Assembly (NCBI GenBank): GCA_041687695.1
Contig: JAWLBL010000001.1
Coordinates: 145,710-209,709, forward strand
DNA length: 64,000 nt
Direction: 5' to 3'
From: Myxococcota bacterium
GTDB lineage: Bacteria > Myxococcota_A > UBA9042 > PHBI01 > JAWLBL01
Every line of letters begins with the position of its first letter. Positions within the stretch are counted from its first letter, which is position 1. The notes below the pieces were generated by a model. It had not been told where the DNA came from, did no database searches, and saw only the letters and a program-made list of their open reading frames with translations. Shown here piece by piece: positions 47,928-57,744 of the stretch. The translations under genes and the position numbers were made by a program.

Positions 47928-49106
47928 TCACGCGCCCAGCGTCCGCTCCCACAGCCAATAGCCGCCCGCGAGGGCGACCAGACAAGACAAGGGCACGACG
48001 AAGCGGGGCCGGTGCCAGGGGCGGCTCTGCGCCCAGCGCAGCGCGGGCCAGGCCAGGGCGACCAACGCCAGCTGGCCGGCCTCGACGCCCAGGTTGAAGG
48101 CGGCGAGCGGCACGGCGAGGGCGCCGGCCGGCAGCTCGAGCTCGGTCAGGAAGCCCGCGAAGCCGAAGCCGTGGACGAGTCCGAAGGCGAAGGTCATCAC
48201 CCATCGCCAGCGCATGAGGTCGGCCGCCTCGCGGCGACGCAGGTTGTCGAGCGCGACGACGACGATGGACGCGGCGATGGTCGCCTCGACCAGGGTGTCG
48301 TCCAGGCTGACGAGGCCCAGCACGGCCACCGCCAGGGTGACCGAGTGGGCCACGGTGAAGGCGGTGACGACCTTGACCAGCGCGCCGAAGCTGCCGCCGA
48401 CGGCCAGCAGGGCCAGCAGGAACAGCAGGTGGTCCCAGCCGAAGACGATGTGCTCGAGGCCGATGGCGAAGAAGGCGGCGAAGCCGCTGGGGCCGGCCTC
48501 CGCCACGGGCGGCTGCGGATCGAGGCCCAAGGTGGCGCTCGGCGGCGCCTCGGCGGCGGTCGCGGCCTCCGGTGTCGTCGAAAAGTCGTGCTCGAAGGTG
48601 CGATCGGCGGCCGTCAGGGCCCGCAGCAGCCGCCCGCGCTCGCCGACGCCGAAGCGCGCGAGGTGGCGATGGTCGCCAGGCAGCCGCTCGAGGAAGTCCA
48701 GGCGCACCGAGAAGGCCGCGAACGGGGCCGCCCCGGCCGGCGCCTCGCACCGCCAGGCGAGCGCGATGATCTGGACGTCCTCGTCCTCCCGCGCGTCCAC
48801 ACGCCCCGGCTCGCCCTGGCAGACCCGGCCGCCGTCGGCGACCACGACCCCAGACAGCACCGCCTGCATCAGCGCGCCGGCGTGCTGCTCGCGCCAGGCG
48901 CGCCGCTCGGCCGGCAGCGACGGCGCCCGCCGGTCCGCCACGGCCTCGACCTGCAGCACGTCCATCTCGAGCACGGCCTCGACCCGCCCGGCCGCCGGGT
49001 CGACGGACCACTTGCCGACGCTGTGCGAGAGCCGATGGGCCGACGCCGCCTCGGGCCACGCGGCCAGCACCGCGACCAGCACCACGCCCAGTCCGATCCT
49101 CGTCAC
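47928..49106 (-). CDS. HupE/UreJ-family protein
   Basis: GLEHI..GWDHLLF, TAFTVAHSVTL, FGLVHGFGFA, FNLGVEAGQ. Confidence 0.9.
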   Translation of the reverse strand: MTRIGLGVVLVAVLAAWPEAASAHRLSHSVGKWSVDPAAGRVEAVLEMDVLQVEAVADRRAPSLPAERRAWREQHAGALMQAVLSGVVVADGGRVCQGEPGRVDAREDEDVQIIALAWRCEAPAGAAPFAAFSVRLDFLERLPGDHRHLARFGVGERGRLLRALTAADRTFEHDFSTTPEAATAAEAPPSATLGLDPQPPVAEAGPSGFAAFFAIGLEHIVFGWDHLLFLLALLAVGGSFGALVKVVTAFTVAHSVTLAVAVLGLVSLDDTLVEATIAASIVVVALDNLRRREAADLMRWRWVMTFAFGLVHGFGFAGFLTELELPAGALAVPLAAFNLGVEAGQLALVALAWPALRWAQSRPWHRPRFVVPLSCLVALAGGYWLWERTLGA

Positions 49107-49441
49107 CCGCTCACCTCCAGCCGGACCGCCCGGCCCAGCGCGCGCGACACCACCTCGGACAGGGCCTCCGACAGCGCCTCGCCCAGCTCACGCCCGGCGC
49201 GCCGGTCGACCCAGCGCCCCTCGACCCCGTCGAACTTGAACGCCGCGTCCGGCGTCGCCAACCACAGCTGCCGCAGCGGCGGCTGGCGGCTCACGAACAG
49301 GCGCGCGCCGTCCTCGACCTCGATCTCGAGCACGCCGTGGCTCAGCGTCGCGTCGATCTCGTCGAGCCCCAGCGCGTCGATGCCGTCGCGCAGGCCCCTC
49401 AGCGTGTCGTCGCTCCAACGATCGTAAGTGCGCTCGTCCAT
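49103..49441 (-). CDS. cyaY: Frataxin-like iron donor CyaY
   Basis: GVLEI, SRQPPLRQLWLA, F..W; acidic N-terminal helix. Confidence 0.8.
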   Translation of the reverse strand: MDERTYDRWSDDTLRGLRDGIDALGLDEIDATLSHGVLEIEVEDGARLFVSRQPPLRQLWLATPDAAFKFDGVEGRWVDRRAGRELGEALSEALSEVVSRALGRAVRLEVSG

Positions 49442-49601
49442 CCGGAGCCCTCGCCGCGCCGTCCCTGGCGCCGACGGGACGCACCATGCCCCGCCGCCGC
49501 CCGCGCATCAACTCACGCGCGCCCTCTTGATGTTCCGGCCCGCGTGCCGAAGATCGCGCGCGCCCTCGGTGCGCCAGCCTCCGTCCCGACCAGGAGCCGC
49601 C

Positions 49602-52355
49602 ATGTCCCACGCCACGACCACCCGCCTGTCCGTCACGGGCATGACCTGCGGCCACTGCTCGCGCCGCGTCGATCAGGCCCTGCGCGCCGTCCCGGGCGTC
49701 GTCGACGCCGCCGTCGACCACGCGACGGACCGCGCCGTCGTCACCCACACCGCGGGGACCACCGTCGACGCGCTGGTCCAGGCCGTCGAGGCCGCCGGTT
49801 ACGAGGCCGCGCCCGAGGCCGACACCGACGGCGAGCCCGCCGCAGCCGGGGAGGTCGCGCCGGCGCCCGCGCCCTCCCACGAGCCCGACGAGGCGCCCTC
49901 CCCCACCCCGGCCGTCACGGCCCTGGCCACGGCACGCCTGGACGTCTCGGGCATGCACTGCGCCAGCTGCGTCGCCAGCATCGAAGGCGCGCTGAAGGCC
50001 TACGACGGGGTCCACGACGCCGCGGTCGACCTGCTCGGCGAGCGCGCCGAGGTCCGCTACGACCCGACCGTCGTCTCGCCCCACGATCTGGCGGCCCAGG
50101 TGAACCGCCTCGGTTACCAGGCCCGGGTCGCGACCCAACGCCCGCTGCATCGCCGCGCGGCCGACGAGGACCAGCGCATGCACGGCCGCGAGCGGCTGCT
50201 GCGTTGGAAGATCGCGTTCGCCCTGACGGTCGGCGCGGCCGCGATGGTCCTGTCCATGCCGCTGATGCACGCCCCGGCGGGCGCGGCCGTGCACGACCCG
50301 CTGATGGTCGTCACGATGCCGCTCGACGCCTGGCTGCGCGGCGCCCTGCCCGGGCTCTACGCCCTGGACCACGGCGCGCTGCGCTGGCTGCTGCTGGCCC
50401 TCACCTTCCCGGTCCTGGTCTGGTCCGGCGCCGACTTCCTGGTCCGCGCCGTCCAGGGCGCCCGCCGCGGCTCGGTCGACATGAACACGCTCATCGCGCT
50501 CGGCACCGGCGCGGCGTTCGGGTTCAGCGCCTTCGTCACCGTGGCCCCCGGGCTGCTCGAGCGCCACGGACTGCCGCCCCACGTCTGGTTCGAGGCCGTG
50601 CCCTGGGTCATCGGCCTGGTCCTGCTGGGCAACCTGTTCGAGCAGCGCGCCCGCCGCGAGACCGGCGAGGCGGTGCGCGCCCTGGCCGAGCTGATGCCGC
50701 CCACCGCCCGCGTCGTGCGCGACGGGGCCGAGGTCGAGGTCCCCATCGAGGAGGTCCTGCCCGGCGACCGCGTCCGCGTCCGCCCCGGCGAGCGCGTCCC
50801 GGTCGACGGCCGCGTCGAGGTCGGGCGGGCCAGCGTGGACGAGGCCATGCTGACCGGAGAGGCCCTGCCCGTCCCCAAGGGCCCCGGGGACCTGGTCCTG
50901 ACCGGCACCTTCGACCACGACGGCGCCCTGACCGTGCGCGCCCTGGCCGTCGCGGGCGAGACGACCCTGGACCGCATCGTCGCCCTGGTCGAGCAGGCCC
51001 AGGCCACCAAGCCGGCCATCCAGCGCGTGGCCGATCGGGTCGCCGGCGTCTTCGTCCCGGTCGTCCTCGTCGTGGCCGCGCTCGCCGCGCTGGCCTGGGC
51101 CCTGCTAGGCCCGGCGCCGGGCGCCCTGCACGCGCTCGAGGCCGCGATGACCGTCCTCATCATCGCCTGCCCGTGCGCCATGGGCCTGGCCGTCCCCACC
51201 GCCGTGGCCGTCGCGGTCGGCCGCGCCGCGGGGCTCGGGCTGGTCGTGCGCAGCGGCGACGCCCTCGAGCGGGCGCGGCGGGTGACCACCGTCGTGCTGG
51301 ACAAGACCGGCACGCTGACCCGGGGCCAGCCCGTCGTGGCGTCGTTCCAGCGGCTGCCCGGCGCCCCGGACGAGGCCGAGCTGGCCGCCCTCGCCGGCGC
51401 CGCCGAGGCCCAGAGCGAGCACCCGCTGGCCCGCGCCATCGTGGACTGGGCGCGCGCGCGCGTGGCCTCGGAGATGGCGCTGCCCGAGGCGACGGAGGTC
51501 GTCGCCAGCCCAGGGCGCGGTCTTCGCGCGCTGGTCCGCGGCCGCGCCGTGGCCATCGGGACGCTGGCCTGGGTCGCCGGAGAGGGCGAGGTCGGCCCGG
51601 AGCTGCTCCAGCTGGCCGACGACCTCGGCGCCCGAGGGCAGACGCCGGTCGCCGTCGCGGTCGACGGAGCCGCGGTCGCCTTGTTCGGGCTCGAGGACGC
51701 GCTCGAGCCGACCAGCGCCGGCGCGGTCGCCCGTCTGCGCGCGTTGGGCCTCGAGGTGGTCCTGCTGACCGGCGACCGGCGTCCGGCGGCCCAGGCCATC
51801 GCCGCCCGCGCGGGGATCACGCGCGTGGTCGCCGAGGCCCTGCCCGAGGACAAGGCCGCCGAGATCCAGGCGCTGCGCGACCGGGGCGAGGTCGTGGCCA
51901 TGGTCGGCGACGGCATCAACGACGCGCCGGCCCTGGCGGCCGCCGACGTGGGCCTGGCGATGGGCTCGGGGACGCAGGTGGCCGTCGCCAGCGCCGACGT
52001 CACCGTGATGACGCGCGATCTCGGCGCCGTCGCGGACTTCGTCGCCCTGTCCCGGCAGACCCACCGCGTGGTCCGGCAGAACCTGGGCTGGGCCTTCGGC
52101 TACAACGCGCTGGGCATCCCCATCGCGGCGGGCGCGCTGTATCCGACGCTGGGCATGGCGCTGTCGCCAGTCTTCGCCAGCGCGGCCATGGCCTTCAGCT
52201 CGGTGAGCGTGGTCGGCAACTCGCTACGGCTTCGCGGGGCGCGCCTCGGCCGGGTGCGCCGCGGGCTCGCCGTCGCCGCCGCCCCCGGCCCCGGCCTGAT
52301 CGGCCAGGGCCACGCGCCCGACGGTGGGGCGCAGGCGCTCGAGGACCGCGCGTAG
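49602..52355 (+). CDS. copA: Cu(I)-translocating P1B-type ATPase with two HMA domains
   Basis: GMTCGHC, GMHCASC, TGE, CPC, DKTGT, SEHP, GDGIND, YN, MAFSS. Confidence 0.9.
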   Translation: MSHATTTRLSVTGMTCGHCSRRVDQALRAVPGVVDAAVDHATDRAVVTHTAGTTVDALVQAVEAAGYEAAPEADTDGEPAAAGEVAPAPAPSHEPDEAPSPTPAVTALATARLDVSGMHCASCVASIEGALKAYDGVHDAAVDLLGERAEVRYDPTVVSPHDLAAQVNRLGYQARVATQRPLHRRAADEDQRMHGRERLLRWKIAFALTVGAAAMVLSMPLMHAPAGAAVHDPLMVVTMPLDAWLRGALPGLYALDHGALRWLLLALTFPVLVWSGADFLVRAVQGARRGSVDMNTLIALGTGAAFGFSAFVTVAPGLLERHGLPPHVWFEAVPWVIGLVLLGNLFEQRARRETGEAVRALAELMPPTARVVRDGAEVEVPIEEVLPGDRVRVRPGERVPVDGRVEVGRASVDEAMLTGEALPVPKGPGDLVLTGTFDHDGALTVRALAVAGETTLDRIVALVEQAQATKPAIQRVADRVAGVFVPVVLVVAALAALAWALLGPAPGALHALEAAMTVLIIACPCAMGLAVPTAVAVAVGRAAGLGLVVRSGDALERARRVTTVVLDKTGTLTRGQPVVASFQRLPGAPDEAELAALAGAAEAQSEHPLARAIVDWARARVASEMALPEATEVVASPGRGLRALVRGRAVAIGTLAWVAGEGEVGPELLQLADDLGARGQTPVAVAVDGAAVALFGLEDALEPTSAGAVARLRALGLEVVLLTGDRRPAAQAIAARAGITRVVAEALPEDKAAEIQALRDRGEVVAMVGDGINDAPALAAADVGLAMGSGTQVAVASADVTVMTRDLGAVADFVALSRQTHRVVRQNLGWAFGYNALGIPIAAGALYPTLGMALSPVFASAAMAFSSVSVVGNSLRLRGARLGRVRRGLAVAAAPGPGLIGQGHAPDGGAQALEDRA

Positions 52356-54125
52356 GGTCGCCTCGAGCTCGCGCAGCCGCCCGGCGGCTTCGGGCTGGGT
52401 GACCGAGCGCTGCAGGGCGTGCAGCGGGCTCTCGGGGTCGGCCGACACAAGGCGCGCCAGCGTCAAGGCCGCCTGGACGACGCCGGCCTCGTGGGGCTCG
52501 GTCGCGGTCGGCACCGACAGCGGCGAGGGCGAGCTGGCCGAGGCGCGGCCCGTGGTGGCCGCGGTCCGGACCGAGGCGACGCGATCGCGGCCGCTCTGCT
52601 TGGCGGCGTACAGGGCCTGGTCGGCGCGACGGACCAGCTCCTCGGCGTCGAGGGCGTCGGCCGGGCAGCAGGCGACGCCCACGCTGACGGTCACCGACAA
52701 CGCCGCCAGGCCCGCGCCGCAGTTGGTCGGCGCGTGCACCGGCGCGCCGCGCACCAGCGCACGGATCTTGTCGGCGGCCTGCAGGGCCTCGTCCGGACCG
52801 GTGCTGGGCAGGATGATCACGAACTCTTCGCCGCCGTAGCGCGCCACGAGATCGCTGGCTCGGGTCGCCTGGCCCAGGCGGCGCGCGATCTCGCGAAGGA
52901 CGGCGTCCCCGGTCGGGTGGCCGAAGGTGTCGTTGACCTCCTTGAAGTGGTCGAGGTCCAGCATGAGGAGCGCGAACGAGCCGCCGTAGCGCTCGGCCCG
53001 CTTGAGCTCGCTGCGCAGGTGCTCCTGGCAGTAGCCGCGGTTGTACAGCCCCGTCAGCGGGTCGATGATGGCGGCCAGGAAGGCCTGATCGCGCGCCACC
53101 TGCATGGTCCGCAGGCGCTCCTGGCGGCGCAGGACCCCCGAGACGCGGGCCTCGAGCTCCGTCGGCGGGACGTCGGCGGGCAGGTAGTCCTCGACGCCCG
53201 CCTCGAAGGCGCGGATGCGGTGGGCCGCGCTGGGGGCGTCGTCCATCACGACGACGCCGGCGGGCATGGCCTCGGCGGCGAGGGCCTCGAAGGCGCCGTA
53301 GGACACGATCAGCGCGCGGCGGCCCTGCCGTCCGCCGGCGTCGAGGGCCTGGGCCTCGGCGAGGTGGGCGACGGCGCGGCGGAGATCGCGCTCGGTGACC
53401 ACGCGCGTGCGCTCGAAGCCGTCGAGGGTCGCGGCCACGCGCGCGCGGACCGACGGGTTGTCGTGGGCGACGACCACCACGTCGCGCGGCTCGCCGTCGT
53501 CGGCGCCCCGGGGGGCCTCGTCGTCGGCGAACATCCGCGAGATGGCCTCGCGCTGGGCCGACAGACGGCCGCGCAGCTCGCCGAGCGCGATGAGCGACCG
53601 GACGCGCGCGACCAGCTCGCCGTCGCTGACGGACTTGGTCAGGAAGTCGTCGGCGCCGGCCTCGAGGCCCTCGACCGTGTCGTCGGTCGAGTCGAGGCTG
53701 GTGAGGAGCAGGATCGGCGTCTGCCGGGTGCGGGGCCGCGCGCGCAGGGCCCGGGTGAGCGCGAGGCCGTCGAGGTCGGGCATGCGCACGTCGACGATGA
53801 CGAGATCGATGGCCTCGGGGTCGGCCTCGGCGCGCTCGAGCGCGGCACGCCCCGAGTCGCAGGTCAGCACCTCGAGGCCGGCGCGGGAGAGCTTGTCGCG
53901 CAGCACCTCGAGGACCAGCGGGCTGTCGTCGACGAGCAGCACCCGGCCATCGCCCTCGACGGCGGGCCGAGGCGGGTGCACGGCCATCAGCTCGCGGGTC
54001 GTGCGGAACAGCCACGACAGCTCGGAGCCGCCGCCGCCGCGCCGCCCGTGAGGCCCGGAGGACGCCGGGCCGGGTCGGGCCGCCGCGGTGGAGGTCCTGG
54101 GATCGTCGTCGCCGGATGCCGCCAT
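52224..54125 (-). CDS. PleD-like response-regulator diguanylate cyclase (REC, degenerate REC, GGDEF)
   Basis: VDDS..DVRMP..K; RASD I-site, GGEEF. Start uncertain. Confidence 0.88.
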   Translation of the reverse strand: MAASGDDDPRTSTAAARPGPASSGPHGRRGGGGSELSWLFRTTRELMAVHPPRPAVEGDGRVLLVDDSPLVLEVLRDKLSRAGLEVLTCDSGRAALERAEADPEAIDLVIVDVRMPDLDGLALTRALRARPRTRQTPILLLTSLDSTDDTVEGLEAGADDFLTKSVSDGELVARVRSLIALGELRGRLSAQREAISRMFADDEAPRGADDGEPRDVVVVAHDNPSVRARVAATLDGFERTRVVTERDLRRAVAHLAEAQALDAGGRQGRRALIVSYGAFEALAAEAMPAGVVVMDDAPSAAHRIRAFEAGVEDYLPADVPPTELEARVSGVLRRQERLRTMQVARDQAFLAAIIDPLTGLYNRGYCQEHLRSELKRAERYGGSFALLMLDLDHFKEVNDTFGHPTGDAVLREIARRLGQATRASDLVARYGGEEFVIILPSTGPDEALQAADKIRALVRGAPVHAPTNCGAGLAALSVTVSVGVACCPADALDAEELVRRADQALYAAKQSGRDRVASVRTAATTGRASASSPSPLSVPTATEPHEAGVVQAALTLARLVSADPESPLHALQRSVTQPEAAGRLRELEATLRAVLERLRPTVGRVALADQAGAGGGGDGEPAAHPAEARPAKP

Positions 54126-54259
54126 GCCCACGGAACGCCCTCGAGGCCCGGAGAAATCCCGGCTGCCCGCGCCGATCTCCATCGCCGGCGGACGCCCAGC
54201 CTGGGTCCCGACGTCGTCCGCGCCTGGGGGCGAGGCGCCGGGTCTGCGCAGCCCGCGGC

Positions 54260-54640
54260 TCATCCCGGCCGATCGTAGTAGAAGCGTTCGTGGACGACGA
54301 AGCCGTCGAGCCAGCGGCGCACGGCGACCTGCTCCATCACCAGGCGCGTTCCGGTCCGGAGGTCGAACGCGTAGCGCCACTCGGACAGGGTCACGTCGTC
54401 GCCTACGGCGGTGGACAGCAGCGTCACCTCGTCGATGCGCGCGACCTCGTTCAGGAAGCCCTCCTGGCGCTGCCGATTGCTCGCCTTGCCTTCGGTCGCC
54501 GGGGCCCCGGGCTCTTGCATGATCACGTGCTCGGCGTAGTGGCGCTCGAACGCGTCGAGCAGCCGGCCCTCGAGGATGAGGGCGTTCAGCGCACGCTCGC
54601 GCGCGACCAGCGCGTCGCGCGCCGGCGGGGATCGATCCAT
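54260..54640 (-). CDS. SnoaL/NTF2-like protein
   Basis: AFERHYAE.V.MQE..GK, SEW, EQVAVRRW.DG....ERFYY. Confidence 0.8.
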   Translation of the reverse strand: MDRSPPARDALVARERALNALILEGRLLDAFERHYAEHVIMQEPGAPATEGKASNRQRQEGFLNEVARIDEVTLLSTAVGDDVTLSEWRYAFDLRTGTRLVMEQVAVRRWLDGFVVHERFYYDRPG

Positions 54641-54683
54641 GCAGCCTCCGTGGGGATGGGCCACGCGTACCGCAAAAGCGCAA

Positions 54684-55838
54684 TCACCGCCAGAGGGGGT
54701 CCCGCGAGATCGGGTAATCGTGCAGGTCCTGCGGCACGAGCGGCCACTGGCCGGGGGCGTCCGGATCGAAGACCGGGTAGCGCCCGGCGTCGATGGCCTC
54801 GCGCGTGGTCAGCACGGGGCCGGCGTCGAGGGTGCGGATCCAGTAGAGGTCGGGCGGCAGGATGTCCTGGCGGGGCACGTCCAGCGGCTCGCCGTACGCG
54901 GTCGCGAGCAGCATGGCCGGGAAGTTCGCGCCGGCGGCCGTGTAGAAGTAGTGGGTCGTGCCGAAGCGGCCTGCGTTCAGCTCGGTGATGCGGGGGCGAC
55001 CGTCGGCGTCGCCCTTGAGATCGACGAAGCAGACGCCGGTGAAGGCGCGGTCGAGGGCGAGGGCGGCGGCCTCGCCGATCCGGTTGAGCTCGGGGTCGTG
55101 GACGGTGTGGCTGATGGCCGGGGCGCCGGTGATCCCGGACGGGCTGACGTGCGGGATGACGTAGGCGAGGCGGCGGCGGCCCTGGCTGGTGACGAGGCGC
55201 CCGGCGTCGAACAGGCCCATCCAGGTCAGGTTGTCGCCGGGCAGGAACTCGGAGGCGATCATGCCGCCCCAGCCATTCCAGTAGTCGACCCAATGGATGG
55301 CCTGGTCGACGGTGCGGCACGGCAGGCTGGCGACGCCGATGCCCTTGCCCGGGATGCCGGCGCCGCGGACCCAGACGGGCGCGTCCGGCTCGCGCTGCAG
55401 CCGCGGGAAGACGGCGCGCAGGGTCGCGGGGGCGTCGATGAGGTGCGTCTCGGGCACCGGGAGGCCGGCGTCGCGCCAGATCTCGTGGCTGGCCCACTTG
55501 CTGTCGGCCAGGGCGAGCGTGGCCGGATCGGGCAGGAAGACGCGGGCTTGCAGGCGATCGCGCGCCTCGCTCAGGGCGGCTATCTCGATGGACCCGTTGG
55601 GCATCACGAAGTCGATGGCGTGCGTGTCGACGAGGCGGTTCAAGGCGTCGAGGAAGGCCTCGCGGTCGCGGGTCCGCGGGACCAGGGCCCGTACGTGGCC
55701 GAGCGCGAGGAACGCGTAGTAGGGTGACGCCTCCACGCACGCAACGAACGGACAGGGTGTCATCGCCAGCAGCGACCGTGTCAGGTTGACCGCGCCGGGT
55801 CCGCCCGCGCTGGTCACCAGGATGCGTCGTCGCGTCAT
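54684..55838 (-). CDS. ATP-grasp carboxylate-amine ligase-like protein
   Basis: ILVTSAGG, SKW, GLPVPET, EFLPG, TELNAGRF. Confidence 0.75.
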   Translation of the reverse strand: MTRRRILVTSAGGPGAVNLTRSLLAMTPCPFVACVEASPYYAFLALGHVRALVPRTRDREAFLDALNRLVDTHAIDFVMPNGSIEIAALSEARDRLQARVFLPDPATLALADSKWASHEIWRDAGLPVPETHLIDAPATLRAVFPRLQREPDAPVWVRGAGIPGKGIGVASLPCRTVDQAIHWVDYWNGWGGMIASEFLPGDNLTWMGLFDAGRLVTSQGRRRLAYVIPHVSPSGITGAPAISHTVHDPELNRIGEAAALALDRAFTGVCFVDLKGDADGRPRITELNAGRFGTTHYFYTAAGANFPAMLLATAYGEPLDVPRQDILPPDLYWIRTLDAGPVLTTREAIDAGRYPVFDPDAPGQWPLVPQDLHDYPISRDPLWR

Positions 55839-55929
55839 CGCTCCCCCCTCCCTCGGGACGGCCGAAACCCTCCGGGGCCGGCCCTCGGAGCGGCCATCTT
55901 AGGGGCTCCGGGGCAGCGGGGGAATCAAG

Positions 55930-55959
55930 TTGACAGCCTTCCGAACCGACGAGTAGAAG
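55930..55959 (+). promoter_or_regulatory. Sigma70-like promoter, possibly leaderless transcript
   Basis: TTGACA-N18-TAGAAG ending 8 nt before ATG 55968; no RBS. Confidence 0.45.
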
Positions 55960-55967
55960 CGCCACCA

Positions 55968-57323
55968 ATGTCGGACCACACGCCGCGCACTGACATCCAG
56001 AGCCCGAAGCACCTCGCCGCCGCGGGCGGCCCGGGTGCGCGGATGAACGTCCTGTCCTACGAGCTGGGCCGACTCCGGCAGACCCTGCCGCTGCTCGTCA
56101 GCCGCTGCATGGCCTACAGCGCCATGTCGCGCTTCGACGACGAGCTCATCGCCGCGGTCAAGGAGTTCTACGGGCTCGAGCTCGACGTCGCGACCGCCGA
56201 GGCCGAGATCCTGGAGGAGGAGGACGAGCGGGTCCGCTTCTTCCCGTGGTTCCTGTGGGACTGGCGATCGGGCGCCGGCGGCGGCAAGGACGTCGCCATG
56301 CGCACCATCGGCGAGCGCTACATGGACGAGCCGGGGCACGGACTGCACGAGCTGAAGCTGCTGCAGGCCCTGTGCGCCTCGTACGTGGGCTTCTACGAGG
56401 CGCTCGAGGACGCGTCCGCCGTGGGCGTCCGCCTGCGTGATCTGGCGAGCGGCGAGATCCTCCGCGTGTCGGACGAGGGCCTGGCCGGCGACGTGTTCTC
56501 GGGCCACATCGTTCAGGCGCGCCTGCTCCGCATCCCGGCCAGCGACGGGCCGTGCGTCCTGGTCGACGCCATCTACGCGACCCTGCCCCCCGAGGCCCGC
56601 CCGGCCATCCAGGTCGAGCTCGAGAGCCTGGGCGCGACCGACGGCGATCCGGCGGCCTGCCTGAAGACCTATGTCGCCGAGATGCTTCACTTCGCCGACC
56701 ACCTGCTCGAGACGTTGGCGCGCCCGCCCGAGGCCGACAACGGCGACGGCGATCCGATGATCCTGTCGCGCAGCCGGCTGGCCGGGGCCGACGCGGCGAC
56801 GGTCACGCGCGCGTTGGCCGCTGGCGTCGAGGGCTTCTCGATGGTCGAGCCCGGTCTGTGGCAATACGCGCCGCTCGGCGCCCCGCGCGGCTTCGTCGAC
56901 GCCCGCTCGCAGCGGCGCGTGGTCCTGGCGGCCAACAGCCCGACGCGGCTCGAGGCCCTCGAGGCGGCGATCTCGGGCGCCACCGAGGTCACCCGTCCCG
57001 CCCTGCGCAGCCTCGAGGAGTTCACCTCGGCCGTGCAGCGCTGGGCCGAGCACGGCGGCGGCGACACCTGGCTGCGCCTCGATCCCGACGTGCCGCGCGC
57101 CGTCGCCGAGTGGTTCACCGCCTGGGTCCGACAGTGGCTCGACATGCCCTCGCCGATGCTGGGCGACCGCACCCCTCGCGAGGCCGTCGGGCACACCGAC
57201 GGGCGCCGCCGCGTCGAGGCCCTGCTCAGCCGCTTCGAGCGCCTGCAGCTCGGCACGCTCGCCGCCGCCGCCGACGAGGCCGTGGTCACCCTCGAGCACG
57301 TCCGCCTCGAGCTGGGGCTCTGA
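55968..57323 (+). CDS. Hypothetical protein with a C-terminal MbcA/ParS(DUF2384)-like domain
   Basis: FFPWFLWDW, GFYE..LRDL and WLDMPSPMLGDRTPREAV..GRRRVEALL resemble SEC-C-associated proteins. Confidence 0.6.
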   Translation: MSDHTPRTDIQSPKHLAAAGGPGARMNVLSYELGRLRQTLPLLVSRCMAYSAMSRFDDELIAAVKEFYGLELDVATAEAEILEEEDERVRFFPWFLWDWRSGAGGGKDVAMRTIGERYMDEPGHGLHELKLLQALCASYVGFYEALEDASAVGVRLRDLASGEILRVSDEGLAGDVFSGHIVQARLLRIPASDGPCVLVDAIYATLPPEARPAIQVELESLGATDGDPAACLKTYVAEMLHFADHLLETLARPPEADNGDGDPMILSRSRLAGADAATVTRALAAGVEGFSMVEPGLWQYAPLGAPRGFVDARSQRRVVLAANSPTRLEALEAAISGATEVTRPALRSLEEFTSAVQRWAEHGGGDTWLRLDPDVPRAVAEWFTAWVRQWLDMPSPMLGDRTPREAVGHTDGRRRVEALLSRFERLQLGTLAAAADEAVVTLEHVRLELGL

Positions 57324-57326
57324 CGG

Positions 57327-57740
57327 ATGCCCATGTCGCTCGAAGCGGGACAGCAGGCTTCGCTCGCCAAGACCGTCACCGAGGCCGACGTGGTCCTCTT
57401 CGCCGGGCTGTCGCTCGACACCAACCCGGTGCACGTCGACGAGGGCTACGCCCGCACCACCCGGTTCGGCGGCCGCATCGTCCACGGGATGTGGACGGCC
57501 GGCCTCATCTCGGCCGTCATTGGCACGCGCCTGCCCGGGCCCGGGTCGATCTACCTCAGCCAGACGCTGAAGTTCCGCGCCCCGGTGCGCATCGGCGACA
57601 CCATCACCGCGCGGGTCACGGTCAAGGCGGTCCGGCCGGACAAGCCCATCGTCACCCTCGAGACCGTCGCCGACAACCAACACGGAGAGCGCGTCGTCGA
57701 GGGCGAGGCCCTCATCCTGCTGGAGCCGCCGAACGCCTGA
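57327..57740 (+). CDS. MaoC/PhaJ-family (R)-enoyl-CoA hydratase
   Basis: DTNPVHVD, IVHGM, LPGPGSIYLSQ.LKF.APV. Confidence 0.9.
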   Translation: MPMSLEAGQQASLAKTVTEADVVLFAGLSLDTNPVHVDEGYARTTRFGGRIVHGMWTAGLISAVIGTRLPGPGSIYLSQTLKFRAPVRIGDTITARVTVKAVRPDKPIVTLETVADNQHGERVVEGEALILLEPPNA

Positions 57741-57744
57741 CCCA

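Noticed and set aside
47797..49059. N-terminal 421 aa of the 1655-aa ORF
   Set aside because: Overlaps hupE in another frame; the TTG at 47796 has a strong RBS.
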